NCBI GenBank assembly: GCA_024679065.1
Contig: JAGIQG010000019.1
Span: 38,998,001 to 39,062,000, forward strand
DNA: 64,000 nucleotides
DNA from: Sphyrna mokarran
Taxonomy: Eukaryota
Reading direction: 5' to 3'
A model generated the notes under the pieces. That model searched no databases, was not told where the DNA came from, and worked only from the letters and a program-made list of their open reading frames with translations. The position numbers and the translations under genes are program-made. Numbering within the stretch: the stretch's first letter is position 1; each line of letters opens with the position of its first letter. Below, one piece after another: positions 35,190 to 48,654 of this stretch.

Positions 35190-35950
35190 TGCAATTCAAA
35201 AAGGGACAGAAGCTCTCCTTCAGTTGCACAGAGCCTTGGAAAGATCTCATCTGGAGTACCAAGTTCAAATTTGGGCACCAAACCTTAGGAAAGAAGACAG
35301 CACAGTTTCCCCAAATGACAGCAGGGCAAGGTTAAATTATGAAAACTGGGCCAGGATTTACCAAGCAATCCACTGAGTTTCACGACAGGGGAGACACCAC
35401 ACCATTAGCCAGCAGCAAAATCTTCTGGTTCCGCCATTGTCAACCAGGTTTCCTGTTAAATGCACCCCTCACTGCAAGGAAATCCACAATGGGAGTGCAC
35501 TATTGGAGGCAGAAGAAGATCCCACTGGTGTGAACGGCCGGAAAATTTCAGCCCTGTTTGCAAAAACTTGCTCTGCATACCTTTGAATTTGAAAAGCTGC
35601 GGGGTGATATAATTGACTACTTCTAAACATTAGAGATTTGATCAGCTATGTGCATAGAAGTACGTCCACAAGCAGAGGAATCAAGAACAAGGGGAATAAC
35701 CTTGAAATTAGGACAAAGACATTCTGGTGCAGCATTAAGAAGCAGTTTTTCCTCACAGAGTGATGGAAATCTGCAATTCAGCCTCCAGAATGGTTGAATA
35801 CAGGCAGGGTGAATTTTTATGAATAAGATCAATAAATCTTTTATTAGATTAGAGTATAAACTGATATAGATCAGCTTAAGTAGAGATCAGGTATGATCTA
35901 ATTCAATGGCAGAGAAAGTCCGAGGGACTGAATGGTCTACTCCTGTTCAT
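35190..35950 (+). mobile_element. CR1 LINE fragment split by a MITE
   Basis: LLQLHRALERSHLEYQVQIWAPNLRK, resuming after 35555 with gaatttgaaaagctgcggggtgatataattga and the 3' tail. Confidence 0.8.
35348..35554. mobile_element. MITE with GGGC-type terminal inverted repeats
   Basis: gggccaggatttacc ... ggaaaatttcagccc. It cleanly interrupts the CR1 copy. Confidence 0.7.
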
Positions 35951-36004
35951 ATGGTGGGGTACTAGCCACATTTCATCTGTTGCCAAACTGCATTCCTCCA
36001 GCTC

Positions 36005-36410
36005 GGGGGGATTGCGTGTTTCATCCATAATTATACAATGAGGATTTGAGGATTAACTTTTCAAATGCTCACATCATTTCATCACTCTTCACAAACTTCA
36101 GCATCACACCTAATATCCCCTGAATATCCAGATACCTCCCAAGTTTCATTCTATCCACAGTGCATCAATTTTCAAGGCCCTTTCCGCAAATGTTGCACAA
36201 TTTCATTCCATCCATCCGACCGACAACTCTTCTCCAGTCATCTGTGCAAACCTGTACCCTTTATTCTTCAGGCTGCAGATTACTGCTTGTTCCTTCTTGC
36301 ACTGAAGGTAGTTAGTGCGTCACGATGCCACTATCTCTGAGGGTTCTCCAGAAGCACTCAGCTGCTACTCTTCCCCTAACATTCAACAGCCTTCCTAGAT
36401 AAAGCGCTTT
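36005..36410 (+). mobile_element. Old L2 fragment
   Basis: Pyrimidine-rich decayed sequence ending taaagcgctttga, like the L2 3' end. Confidence 0.4.
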
Positions 36411-37589
36411 GAATGGGCTTTTTGCTCCACTCATTCACAATCCCTCTTTTTTTCGATGGGTGTTCAGCTTATTGCCTTATGAACTGGTCTGGAGGTGCTG
36501 CTTTACCTGACCAATGCTAGATGAAAACGTACTACAATCTCTTCCCCATTTCTTTGATAAGCACTGTCTAAAGGCTAACATAATTGAAAAATTTAGAAAC
36601 AAGATTGGTAGAATTTAGTTACGCAAGGTTTCCACAGATATGGAACAAGCAAGGATATCCAGGAAATATGGATCTAGATTGCATAATCAAGCTGAATGGC
36701 AGAATAGGCTCGTAGGGTTGAATGGCTTATTCCTGTTTCTACAATGGATTCAATATGAACACAGTTCCAAAGGTATACACACTGAGAATGAGTAGCAGTA
36801 ATACCTGTGAATCCCCAATCAGTTGTTTTGCATAATCTCTCACTGGAAATAATCCTTACAGATTGGAAAGTAAATGGATTTTTCCTTTTCTTTCTTCCCC
36901 CAATTACACAAGTTATCAATCTGATCACATCTTCCAAGGCATCGGTGCACAAAGCAAATCAAACAACTTAAAGACTACAAGATCATGACAGTAAGTAATT
37001 CTTTTCCTGAAACAATTCCGCCAACGAAATTGCAATTATGGCTGTAACAATCTGCTTAGGAAGCTTATCTCAGTCTGGCTGAAAAGAATAGGGCACAATA
37101 TTTCTGAACGTTTTAATAAAACATTCACGCTGAAACCATCATTGCTCTTTAAGGAAGATTACATAAACCAATTATGGATGGTTCCTTTTGTTTATTGCAT
37201 TTTCATGCAGCAATTACACTGAATTTAATAACTGCTGCAGGTTGAACTCCTCACTAAAAGCCGTGTTCGTGATTCATCACAGAATTGGTTAATTTTCACA
37301 CAAAAAAAAATGTACCAGCAGTGAACAACACATAGTACAAGAGGTCCAGCTTCAATTTCTTGTCTCTGCTGAATTGACTGATTTCAGTCAGTATCTTCAG
37401 CTGGCAAAGCTGATGGATGATGAAAAGCAGTCAGGATTGTTGCTTCAGATTGTACATGCAATGCCAAACTGTAAACATTTGGATAATATAACCATAGGTG
37501 AATTTCACCTATGTTACACCTTGAACTTCCCATCAACGCAGAAGATGGATCACTATTTTATGTAAATTATTGGTGATTTTGTGGCAAAA

Positions 37590-37985
37590 TCAGGGGAGTG
37601 CTGCATTGTCTGACATATTGTTTTTTAGACAAGACACTAAACCAAGCCCTGTGTATTGTTTCAGGTGCATGTGGGATTATGGGCATAGGGCCTGAGTGGG
37701 ATTGTTTGTTTTCATTGCAGACTTGTTGGAGCACGGTCTCCTTCCACACTGTAGGGATTCCACGAAAAGCAAGAGGGTGAACTCTAGTATCCTGGCCAAC
37801 ATTTATCTCTAACCAACATCATTAAAACAGATTTGGTCATAATCACACATTGTGAAGTTCTGTTATGGGCAAACTAAGTGCCACACTTCTCTATATTACA
37901 GCAGTGACTACATTTCAAAAATCTGTCATTGGCTATAAAGTGCTTTGGGACATCTTCAGGTTGTGAACGGCGCTTTATGAATTCA
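37590..37985 (+). mobile_element. DeuSINE (SacSINE1-like) with an HE1 tail inserted (about 37671-37760)
   Basis: ggagtgctgcattgtc...cctggccaacatttatctctaaccaacatc...cagtgactacatttcaaaa...attggctataaagtgctttgggacatc. Confidence 0.8.
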
Positions 37986-38614
37986 CATCCAGAATTGGGC
38001 TGGGCAATAGTACCATAAGATAGAAGAAGGAAGAATCACCTCGGGAAAAATTAAATATACTTTTTATTTAAAGCAGGGTAATCAAATAGCTAGTGAAACA
38101 ACAGAATGGGTCAAAATTTTGCTATGTCAGGAGATCATAATACAGTTTAGGGTTTGCAATTCTACAAGTTTCCAACTTCAGATGGGTATTTTGGGAAGGC
38201 ATTAAGGAGATATAGGAAATAAGGATAGGATGTCTCTAAGCCACATGGATACTTCACAATAGTTTGTGATAGAAAGGCAAGTACAGGACTGGCTATTTAT
38301 TCTGTGGAATATAGGGCAAAGAGTGGGGGGCGAATTAAAAGATATTACAAAAGCAGTAACATTTTACTTATTCCAAGTCAGAGCAAAATAAAAATTGCAT
38401 TTATAGGATCTTGAGTAATATTTCCGATTAACATCAAAAGCATAAAAGGAAAAAGGAAGGATTTTACATTTTCAGCCATGGAAGTCAAACCTGTCAGAAA
38501 GGTTACCAACCAAGACAAGATGTGGTAATACATGATTGATCCGAACTTTGCTTTATAGTAGAACATATTCAGAAAATATGTAACAAAACATTTGGGGTCT
38601 TGGGCTTCTTTGAG

Positions 38615-39480
38615 ACATGGAATGTAGAAGCAAGAAGGTTATGCTGAACCTTTATAAATTTATGGATAGGCCACAAATAGAGATTACTGTGTATAAATCT
38701 GGACACAACACTTCAGGAATAATGCAAGTTTCCTTCAGAAGAGGTTAATCAGAACAGTTGCAGGTCGGAGGAGATTAAGCTAAAAGGCTGGGTTGTAGAA
38801 GTCAGCGCTGTTCTTTTGAGCTAAGGATTTTGAGGCAAGATTTGATAGACATGAACAAGATTATTCTCTATAACAGACAGACAATGAAAAAATGTTTCTA
38901 TTAGCTGATGGCACAAGGAAAAGGTAGATGGATTTAAGGTTTTGGGCAAAGGATGCAAGAGAAATATGAAGTAAGACTTCTTTTTTACATTGCGAATAAA
39001 TGACCTTGAATTCCTTCTTCACAAGGATGATGGAAGCAGAGGTAATTCGTGATTTCAAAGAGAAATTGGATTGGCATGTTGAAAGAAATACACTTGGAAG
39101 ACACGGTGACACAGTGGTTCACACTGCACCTCACAGAGCCAGGGAACCAGGTTTGATTCCTGGCTTGGGTCACTGTCAGTGCAGAGTCGGTACATTTTCC
39201 CCATGTCTGTGAGAGTTTCCTCCCAGTCAGAAAGATGTGATGGTTAGGTGCATTGGCTATGCTAAATTTTCCCTCAGTGTACCCGAACAGGCGCTGGAGT
39301 GTGGTGACTAGATTTTCACAGTAACTTCACTGCTATTTGTGACACTAATAAATAAGCATAAACTTGTTGAGGTATAATGACTGAATGGGAGCATGGAAAT
39401 GTCTGGATTGCTCTACAGAAAGCAGTCACGGATTTGATGAATCTAATGACCTCCTTCTATGCTGCTATGGCTTTACAATC
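38615..39480 (+). mobile_element. Old CR1 LINE fragment interrupted by a V-SINE
   Basis: gttatgctgaacctttataaa...atttgatagacatgaacaagatt. The tail ctccttctatgctg lies beyond the SINE. Confidence 0.7.
39100..39355 (+). mobile_element. V-SINE with Rex1-like tail
   Basis: Head cacggtgacacagtggtt. Tail ccctcagtgtacccgaacaggcgctggagtgtggtgactag...tgtgacactaataaataa. Confidence 0.88.
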
Positions 39481-42400
39481 CTATTTTATTGTGTTGTGAT
39501 AAGATACTAAAAACAATCATCCATTCTTACACCATCATTAATCTCAACATTCACTACCCCTTTACTCTGCGCAATGAATTTTTTGCCCACTCAAGAAAAC
39601 AGCACATTGATAATTGGTGATTAAACAAATGACAAGAGCATTATTCTATTTCTAATAGAAATTATTAGAAAATATCAGCAAATGGCTGCTGTAGTTGCAT
39701 GACATTCCGGGATCTGTAATGCTAACATTTTTAATGAGATAATGCCACCATTATATAATGTAAAAGAAAATGCCAAACAAACATATTAACTACTGGTGAC
39801 ATTGTCAGCTGCCATTTCTATGCTGAGATTAACAAACTTTGAATCTTTTAGTAATCTCTGCCTCCTACATTCTTGCCATTACAGCAAAAACAGATTATTA
39901 ACTCCAAATTTTGGGAGCCTGACCTTGTGTTGGGCTGAATAACAGGCCTATTTAATACAAGTCCTTCCTTTATACACTCAAATAATTTGTATGAAAAAGA
40001 AGAATTCTACAACTTGGACAATAAAGTATTTTCAGGGTATTGCAATTCTGAGTAATGGGCTTAAATAAAATGTCTATTAGAAATAAGGATGGACGATACG
40101 CATTGTTGGGATTCAGTTTATTTTCTAGTGGACCCATGTGCTACAGGCTGTAGCAGATTCTTTTCACCTGCATCATCACGTTTAATATCAGAATTCCAAC
40201 TGCAGAAACTGACTATTCTGATCTTCAGTTGGGGAGATTTCTATATTCTAAAGTTGACTTTTGTGAAAGTCTAAAAATATCAGAGAAAACAAGCACAGGA
40301 ATGAAGACATCAAGAGTTTCAGAAGTTAAAATAAAAACATCCACACTGTGCACAGCATGACTTAGATATGGCGTAATTTTTTTGAAAGCCAAGGACAATA
40401 CATGGCACTCAAAAGTAACAGCAGCTGCTTTCAAACCAGCCCCAGGTATCTCAAAACAAGGTCTCACCATTAAGTCCCTTTGGAAAGAGGAATTATCAAA
40501 ACCATTCTTTAAATAAGGGCAATGTCACATTAGGAACTTCTTCTGAACAGCAAATGACACAATCAGGGCTCATTTCAATGGAACCTAGTGATAATACTCT
40601 CCTGGACTCTAACAAATACTTAGCTGAGCCTAGAACACTCTCAGTAAGTGTGATTTCAGGATACTGTAATTCTTGTGAGGCTATCCTATCACATTTCATG
40701 TACACTCATGACTTAGATGTGTTACTTGTGAACATCATCATTTGTTGGCTATATGCCACTGAAGCATAATTGTTTTGGTTCAGGTCAGAAATTCCAAAAT
40801 TTTTTATGGAGCCCACCTGGATCTCAAGTTTTGCATCTTGAGTTTAGCTTCAATAAGCATGATATCTTCCACTTTAGGTATGATTCAAATGACTCACTAA
40901 GGAGCTTTTATCAAACAAAATTCATTTAAGAATATAGTTAACATGTATGGAAAGAAAATTGGCAAGAACTTTTATCAGTTACAAACAAAAGCAAAACAAC
41001 CATGACAATGTATAATCCCTAACAACGACATCCAAGATGCTCTAATCAAACCACAACCCTTTAAACATAGTCAACACAGCAAAGTTTTATGCTCACATGA
41101 TACTAGAATTGAGTCCATAGGTTGGAGAATTGAAAATCCTCAGTCTTGTATATTCTAGTAGTCCTTTTGACACACCCAGAACACTATGAAATCAGAATAG
41201 CTTCCCAAAACCCTGGGATTCTGGTCAAGCCACCAACTGCAGATTTTCTACTCCAAAAATGCTTTCAGCCAACTGCAGAATTTCCAAAATCAGGGAGCGA
41301 CAAAGAAAGAGAGAGGCTTATTTTCCTGTTGTCTCTTCTAAAAGTAAAACATGCAGCTTCAAATTAAAAATGAAAAAGCTCCTATCACTTGATCTGCCAA
41401 CCAGTTTTTCTCCTAATAATGCAGAGTCATAAACATTCCAATAAAAATAAACAAACCCCATTTAAGCATTGAAGTAGCAACAAAAGGACATCTCCAGTCA
41501 AGCCAGCAACAATGACATCAGCTAAGGCTCTGCAATGCAGAGAGCATGATTTAAAAAAACTCTGAAGGTACATTATCATCATACAATACACCGAACACCT
41601 CAAAACTTTGGCACAAAAACCTAGTTCTGGGCATTAAAATCTGAGATCAATTTGGTGGTACCACTCACACAGATAATAATAATTACAGTGGCACACAGAA
41701 ACATCTGAATCGCACAGTCAGGAACAATCTTCTGAGAGTACGGTTGAAACACACAAATTGTAAAGTGCTCGAGAAATCACACTTCAACAAATTCAATGCC
41801 AGAGCTGGAGCAGTTAATGTCATCATGCCTAAAAGAGGAATATGATCTTCTCCCAGGGTTGCTGCTAATTGCAAAAGTCTGTAGTTTGCATTTGTTTTAG
41901 TGTATAAGTTTGAGATACAACTTAAGATGTCCAACTTAAAAAACATTAATGCTAAAGACAACTATAAATTGTAGCATTGCTCTCAGTCATAAATATTTAC
42001 TGATCTAAAAAAGCAATGAAGAGTTTGATGAATCTATTTGCATTTAGTTAGCCATCATAATTACTTATGTTCAAGTTTAACAAATTCAGATGTTAACTGT
42101 TTATGTCTCATTTTCTCTAACATAAGAAGCTTATGATTGCTTTCTACAATTATATCCATGCTCCTCTGGGCCTCAAACTTCCAGTTTGTCACATAAGATG
42201 ATAAACTGCTTGAACTTCTTGAATTTGACAGCTAATACACAAGCTATGTCATTGGTTAGCAAGTTGTCATCAAAGCTGCAGAGAGAAGACAAAACAAAGC
42301 AAACGTTTTTGAGGTAAAACATTCCTGTTGAATATAAACATTTAGGGATAGCAACGTGGGGGGGAGGGGGGGGAGGAAAGGGGAGGATGGAAGATGGCAG

Positions 42401-42624
42401 AAAATTCAAAAATCACTTCATGTCGCTATGAATTTACAGCAGGGCATTCCACAGGTGCCTGCCATGGCGGGTTGGAAAACTCAACAGAGTTTGGCATCAA
42501 CCTCATTTCCACATTAATTGGGTGCAGACAACATCCGCACCCCCTCCCCCCGCCACTACGCCAGATTCTGTCTCTTTGTCTTCATTGTAGAAGATGATAA
42601 TTCTGTCCCAAAAACTACAATTAA

Positions 42625-43800
42625 TACAGCGGAACTTGATGAAATTACTATAACCAGGGAGAAGGTAGGTCAGTAGATTAGTTCTTGGGACCTGATGGTC
42701 TACACCCTAGGGTGTTAAAGTAGGTAACAGCAGAGATAGCGCATAAGTTATGATATTCCAAAATTCTTTGGATTCTAGAAACGTACTGGTGGATTGGAAA
42801 CATGTTAAGAAAGGAGAGAGGCAAAAAGTGGGAAACTACTTGGTAGGAAAGTTTCTGGAGTCAATCATTGAGGAGGAAAGGTTTGAGCATTTGGAAAAGC
42901 AAAGCTCAATTCAGCAGTTTTGTGAAGGGCAAGTCTTGTTTGACAAACCTGCTAGAGTTCTTTGAGGATGTAACCAGCGAGATAGATAATAGGGATCTAT
43001 TTGGACTTGCAGAAGGCATTTGATAAGGTGCCACACAAGATACTAGTCTAGAAGGTTAGATCCCAAGGGGTTCTGACTGATAGGAAGTAGAGGGTCGGGA
43101 AAAACGGGTCCTTCTCCAGTTGGCGATTCGTAACTATTGGGTCCCACAGGATTCAGTTCTCGGACCATTTATTTACTATTTACAATCTCTATCAATGATC
43201 TACGTGCAGAGATAGAGCGCAACTTAGTGAAATTTTCTGACGATACAGTGGGAACGCAGGCTGTGATGCGGAGATAAAAAAGTTTACAAATAGATATTGA
43301 CAAGCCAGGGAAATGGGCCAGAATCTGGCAAGTGGAGTTTAATATGGATAAATGCGAGGTTATCCATTTTGACTGGAAAAATAAGAAGGCAAATTATTAT
43401 TTAAATGGGAAATACTTTCAAAAGGTGCCTGTGCGGCGGGATCTGGGTGCCTTTTGCATGAAAGTGGGTATGCCGGTGCAGGATGTTATGAAGAAAAGCA
43501 AACAGATTCTTGGAATTTATTGCAAAAGTCTAGAGTATAAAAGTAGTGTTGTTACAATTGTATAAGGCACTGGTGAGATGACACTTGGAGTAGTGTGTTT
43601 AGTTTTGGTCACCTTCTTTGAAAAAGGATATGATGGCACTGGAACCAGTTCAGAGGAGGTTCACTGGATTGATTCCAGGTTTGAAAGATCTGTCGTATGA
43701 GGAGCAGTTGAGTAGCTTGGGCTTGTACTTGCTGGAGTACAGAAGAATGAGGAGAGATTTGATTGAGGTATACAAAATACTCAATGGGATTGATAAAATA
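42625..43800 (+). mobile_element. CR1 LINE ORF2 (RT) fragment, the longest in the window
   Basis: Frameshifted RT motifs: IFQNSLDS..V.VDWK, ggacttgcagaaggcatttgataaggtgccacac (LD.QKAFDKVPH), WQVEFNMDKCEVIHF, and LEPVQRRFTGLIPGLKDLSYEEQLSSLGLYLLEYRRMRRDLIEVYKILNG. Confidence 0.92.
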
Positions 43801-44649
43801 AATATTAACCAAATATTAAACATTTGGTTAATATTTTAGCACATTTGGTGTATTTTCCTGTCAGCCACTGTAGCAGGAAACAATCCAAGTTCCCATCCAT
43901 ATCAAAATGGGAGAATTCCACCTTTAAACCATTTTTAAAAAAGCTCTGCTGGTAGTGGCATTATCACAAACTCAAATAACAGAGCATGCTAACAAAGCAT
44001 AGTAGTTATAAATTAATGGATATGAGTATTGACAGGTTGACTGAAAGACAATGAGAAAGAAAGTCCAGTCTGTAAATTAATTTGTCAATCAGGCAAGTAA
44101 CATTGTCAGACTTTAAAAGTTCACTGTTGTGATAAGACAATGGTTTTTGGGTAGGCTGTTTATATAAATACTTGCTGATCCACTGTACCAACGTATGTAG
44201 CAAGTTAAAACCAAATGCAGTCTATAAGGGACAATTGGGCCAGGGCATACAGACATAATTTAGTTTACAATTTGAAGTCATAAATCTATCTTTATATACA
44301 ATGTATTGACTTTATATTATGATTTTATAGTTAAATAACAAAACACATGCGAATTGGGAAGCGACAAAGAGAAAGCTGCAGTGTCAGCATTTCCCAGCAC
44401 TATAACCTAAAGCAGGAAAATGCAAAACTGAAGCACTACAGTGTATACCGCAAGCATAATTACATTGCAGTAGATTCACAAAGGCATTTATCATTATAAA
44501 TGTCACCACAGTATCATGCCTAGCACCAAAATGTCCTGTTCTGAACTTGAAGCTAGTTTTATGTTTTAAAACTGGTCACAAAAGGCCACCAAAGGGTCAC
44601 CTAACTTCTTTTATGGATTGAAACCACTTGCTTGTCTCAAGAGATAACA

Positions 44650-44930
44650 GAATGAAACAAAAGGAACATTCCAGACTTATAGAGGTGGGAATGTAATTGC
44701 TTTATCGATGTTGTTAAGGGGGAGGTGGGGTGGGACATTGGAGCAAAATAGGTCAGGCTAGGTTGTGGTCAGGAGACGCATGACAAAGGGAGTGGTAATG
44801 ATAGTGTTGAAGACTCAAATGAGTATTAATAGTGGCTAGTACTCTCTCCGCAGATACTGCTAGAACTGCTGATTTTTTTCAACATTTTCTTGTTTATTTA
44901 GATTTATAGCATCAGCAGTGTTTTGCATTT
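44650..44930. mobile_element. Penelope-like remnant: purine-rich minus-strand part (about 44650-44838) abutting a plus-strand terminal repeat (about 44840-44930)
   Basis: actctctccgcagatactgctagaactgctgattttt matches the other terminal repeats. Confidence 0.55.
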
Positions 44931-45332
44931 GAATTTTGCCAGAACTGATTCTGGGAGAACTTAAAGGTCAGAATAAAATTTAACTATGGAGATTGACTTA
45001 TACATGTTTTAAATACTAAATTGTGGTTTGGGGGCAGGGGGGATCTTTTCTGTGGTTATGAATTCCCTTCTGAAATATGAGGGTTTGTGTGTTACAATAA
45101 GTCTTAAAAATTGAAATCTTGGCATGTGATCCTTTGAGCTCAAATTCCTTTTCAAAAGTTATGGGTCTCTATGGGGATTATAACATAATGACAATCATTA
45201 AATTTATTGAGTAATAATCAACAAAAGCATCAAGGTCTATTGAAAATAACTTTAATTGGGAGGTTGCTGAAAGAGAAACTCAATACTGACAATTGAAACT
45301 GATCTAAAGGTTATTTTTTTTTCAAATTTAAA

Positions 45333-45598
45333 GTTTATTTATTAGTGTCACATGTAAGGCTTATAATAACACTGCAATGAAGTTAGTATGAAATTCCCCT
45401 GGTCACCACATTCTATGTTTGGGTCAATGCACCTAACCAGCATGTCCTTCAGAGCGTGAGGGGAAACTGGGGCATCTGAAGGAAACCCACACGGACATGG
45501 GGAGAACATGCAGAGTCTACACAGACAGTGACCCAAGCTGGGAATTGAACCCAGCTTCCTGGCGCTATGAGCAGCAGTACTAACCACTGTGCCACCCC
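45333..45598 (-). mobile_element. V-SINE with Rex1-like tail
   Basis: Runs from the tail tttatttattagtgtcaca...aacactgcaatgaagtta to the head taaccactgtgccacccc. Confidence 0.88.
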
Positions 45599-46589
45599 AT
45601 TTACATGAAACATTAACTCTGTTGTCAGACCTGTGGAGCTTCTTCAGCAATTTTTGCTTTCTTCTACTCCAATTAAAACATATTGTTCCTATAATGAAAA
45701 TTTAAACATGCAAAATTTGTATTTTCCTTGAAGGAGCACCGTTGCATAATACTAACTCATCAAATTGCTTTTCCGCAATGAAATTATGCTCCTCATGAAC
45801 TATATGCTCTGATTTCTTCTCTGTCGCATTAAATATTTGGTTGACAAATGCTCATGCAAGTGAAATCTGAAATAAAGCTTCTAAGAAATGGAAAAACATC
45901 ATAGTCAGTGAGCATCGGAAACCGAGGGACCTGGTTAATGCAGATATCAGCTTCAATTCTGATCAGTCTGTCTTCTGGATACAGCAGGAAATGACTAGCC
46001 GATCCAACAAGCTTGAAGCATCATGAGGAGTCAATTTTGACCCATCCTCCATTTGCCTTCTAAAGATATTGAACGTCAACCTTGTACTATCAGTTGTTAA
46101 TTAATCGGGATAACTTACAAATTATTTTTCCTTCAAATTCTGCCAAATTTGTAAACAAAAAATAATTGTTGAGTGGAACCGGTACATGGGTTACTTGACC
46201 CAGATGTGAGTGAGATGGGAGACTTGCATACCAAACTTACAGGAACAGCAAGAATTTATGTTGATCAGTAACACTTATACTCTTTTTAACTTTCAGTGGT
46301 GTCCTGCATTGTGGAGCTGTGCCTCTTCCAAATCAGGCCCGTGGCCTGATTTTAACGCTAAGTGAATGAGTTTTGAGCAACTTAAAAATTGGGCCAATAG
46401 TGGCTCAATAAAAAGAAATTCCTACATTGTATCTGAACTGTGTCAGGCCTCCAGTGGCTTAGGCAAGTAACATAGTTTACCCTTTGAAACACACCCTTTA
46501 TGCAACAAATATAAAGCTGTGCCAACTTTTGTCATGCAATGAAGTGAGGTTGTATGTATACTTTATAGATTACCTGAGATTTGGAGCAT

Positions 46590-47135
46590 CAACAAAGGGT
46601 CTGGATAGTATTGACAAAGATTTTCCTGCTGGCAGAAGGATCGAGAACCAGTGGGTGTCAATTTAAGGTCAATGGCAAATGAAACAAGGATGACATGAAG
46701 AAAATGCTAAACATTGGAATCCCGTGTTCGCGTGGGTTTTCCCCGGGTACTCCGGTTTCCTCCCACATGGCCAAAAATGTGCTAACTAGGTTAATTGGTT
46801 ATGAACAATTGTCACGTCACCTAATCTGGCTTCCCTGAATTCGGAATAAAATTTTCCCTTAAATTCTAAATTTCCCACCCCTACGCAAGAGGACCGAGCA
46901 CCGAAAATACCGACAAAGGTTCTCTAAACGCCCAATTAGATCAGGGGGCGACGGTACCAGCTCACACCCTGACCATGTGATAGAGGCAGATTCAATTGTG
47001 ACTTCCAAAACAAAATTGAAAAAATATCTGAAGATAAACAATTCACCTGCAGGGACTAGGTGAAAGAGTGAGACCAGCTAAATACTCTTGAAGAGAGCTG
47101 GCACAAACAAGATGGGTTAAATGGCTTCCTTCTAT
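46590..47135 (+). mobile_element. CR1 3' fragment containing an approximately 245-bp composite insert
   Basis: aagggtctggatagta...atttaaggtcaatggcaaa...ttggaat [insert] cctgaccatgtgatagaggcagattcaat...gatgggttaaatggcttccttct. Confidence 0.65.
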
Positions 47136-48289
47136 CTTCTGAAGAAAACAGACATGTTTTGGGAGGAAGAGATGAAGATGAGCCAGTCATCAAAGGATGA
47201 AGATGAGCCAGAGGTATACAGTTACTTTAATTTGAGTTGATTAGGATTTGCAATTAAACTTCCACCTCATCCCTGATGAGAAAAAAGTCTTTTGATCTGA
47301 CACAAAAATGTGTAAATAGTACGAGACATAAATAGAAGCACCTGTCAATAACAATCATTCTCAAATGGAAACCTGAACTAAGAAGCTCTATTTATTGCTT
47401 CTCAATATAAGCAGGGTTTTCAGGCTTACAAATCGTCTGAACTTACAAGAGTTCAGCATAGATATGGTCACCTGAACCCTTAGATTAGATTATTTCTTCA
47501 AATAGACACACAGGCCCCCAATGTCATAAAGCTGCAGTGCTGTTGTACAAACTTTGTCCTAATTCGTTTGTGACACTGAGTATTAGAGACATAGGACCCA
47601 AATGCCCAGGAGGACCTTTGGTATCGTAGGTTATTCATCGTTGAGCAGAGGAAAAAAATAAATCACATACAGAACTGTCAATCTAGATCATCTAGATCTA
47701 ACAATACAATCCTGCAGCTGGTATAGATTATGTTTGTGACACATTTAATAGAATAAGATAATCCAATTATTCTGACAGATACTACAATGTGAGGACATTT
47801 GTGTTTGCTCCCCTCAAAACTTATCCCTTAGCCAGCAGCAGCTGCCAGGCTTAAGGCTTGGATTAGATTGGGGAGAGAAGAGAATTAACTGGGAGTTTCC
47901 TTGGAAGTTCCTCAGCACCTGGTAATTTATAAGGGAAATGATCGATGATGTTAAAGCAAGTTGCATTTATTGGCCAGAAATAAAAAGGAATATGATAAAT
48001 AAATGTGAAACCATCCCCTCAGCGGCTCTAGTTAATGAGCTCCTCTAGCGATGAGCAAACACCATTTCTCAATTAATGAAAATGGGAGCATACATGAGGT
48101 ATGCTTCTGACTGTGCAACAAATTGCCAGTTACAGCAATATGTCTTAATTGGACTGTCATCACATTTTATTTTTTGCCTTGGTATTTGCATACCTAACAG
48201 CAAAATGTGATAAAAATGAGTAACGGGTCATCAAATATGGACAGAAACAAACCTTTTGTTTTACACACTATACACTCAAAAGGAAACAT

Positions 48290-48490
48290 TGCTGTGAAAC
48301 AGTGGTTAGAATGTAAAACTCACTACAACAGAGAATAGTTGAACAGCGTTGATGAATTTAAGAGAAAGTTAAATAAACACACGGGGTGAAAAGAATAGAA
48401 GGTTATACTGATAGGGTTAGATGAAGTTAGGTAGGAGAATGCAGCATGAAACAGTAAGACCAAATGGTCTATTGTACACTATTCTATGTA
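48290..48490 (+). mobile_element. Old CR1 3' end
   Basis: gtggttagaatgtaaaactcactacaacagagaatagttga...gaccaaatggtctattgtacactattctatgta. Confidence 0.6.
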
Positions 48491-48654
48491 TATTGTACAT
48501 GACTTTCCTTTCATCCAGAGTAATTTTTCTTTTTGCAAGAGGATATTTTCAACTCACCATCAGACTCTAGCCATGTGCCATAAATTGGCAGATATACATC
48601 TGCCTGATTGAACTCAGATCAATAATCTACTGGAAGAACCTGGCTAAGATTTCA

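Noticed and set aside
42357-42392. G-rich run with G-quadruplex potential
   Set aside because: A simple run within a probable MITE relic, with no sign of function.
47681-47700. atctagatcatctagatcta palindromic duplication
   Set aside because: A short tandem duplication expected from slippage.
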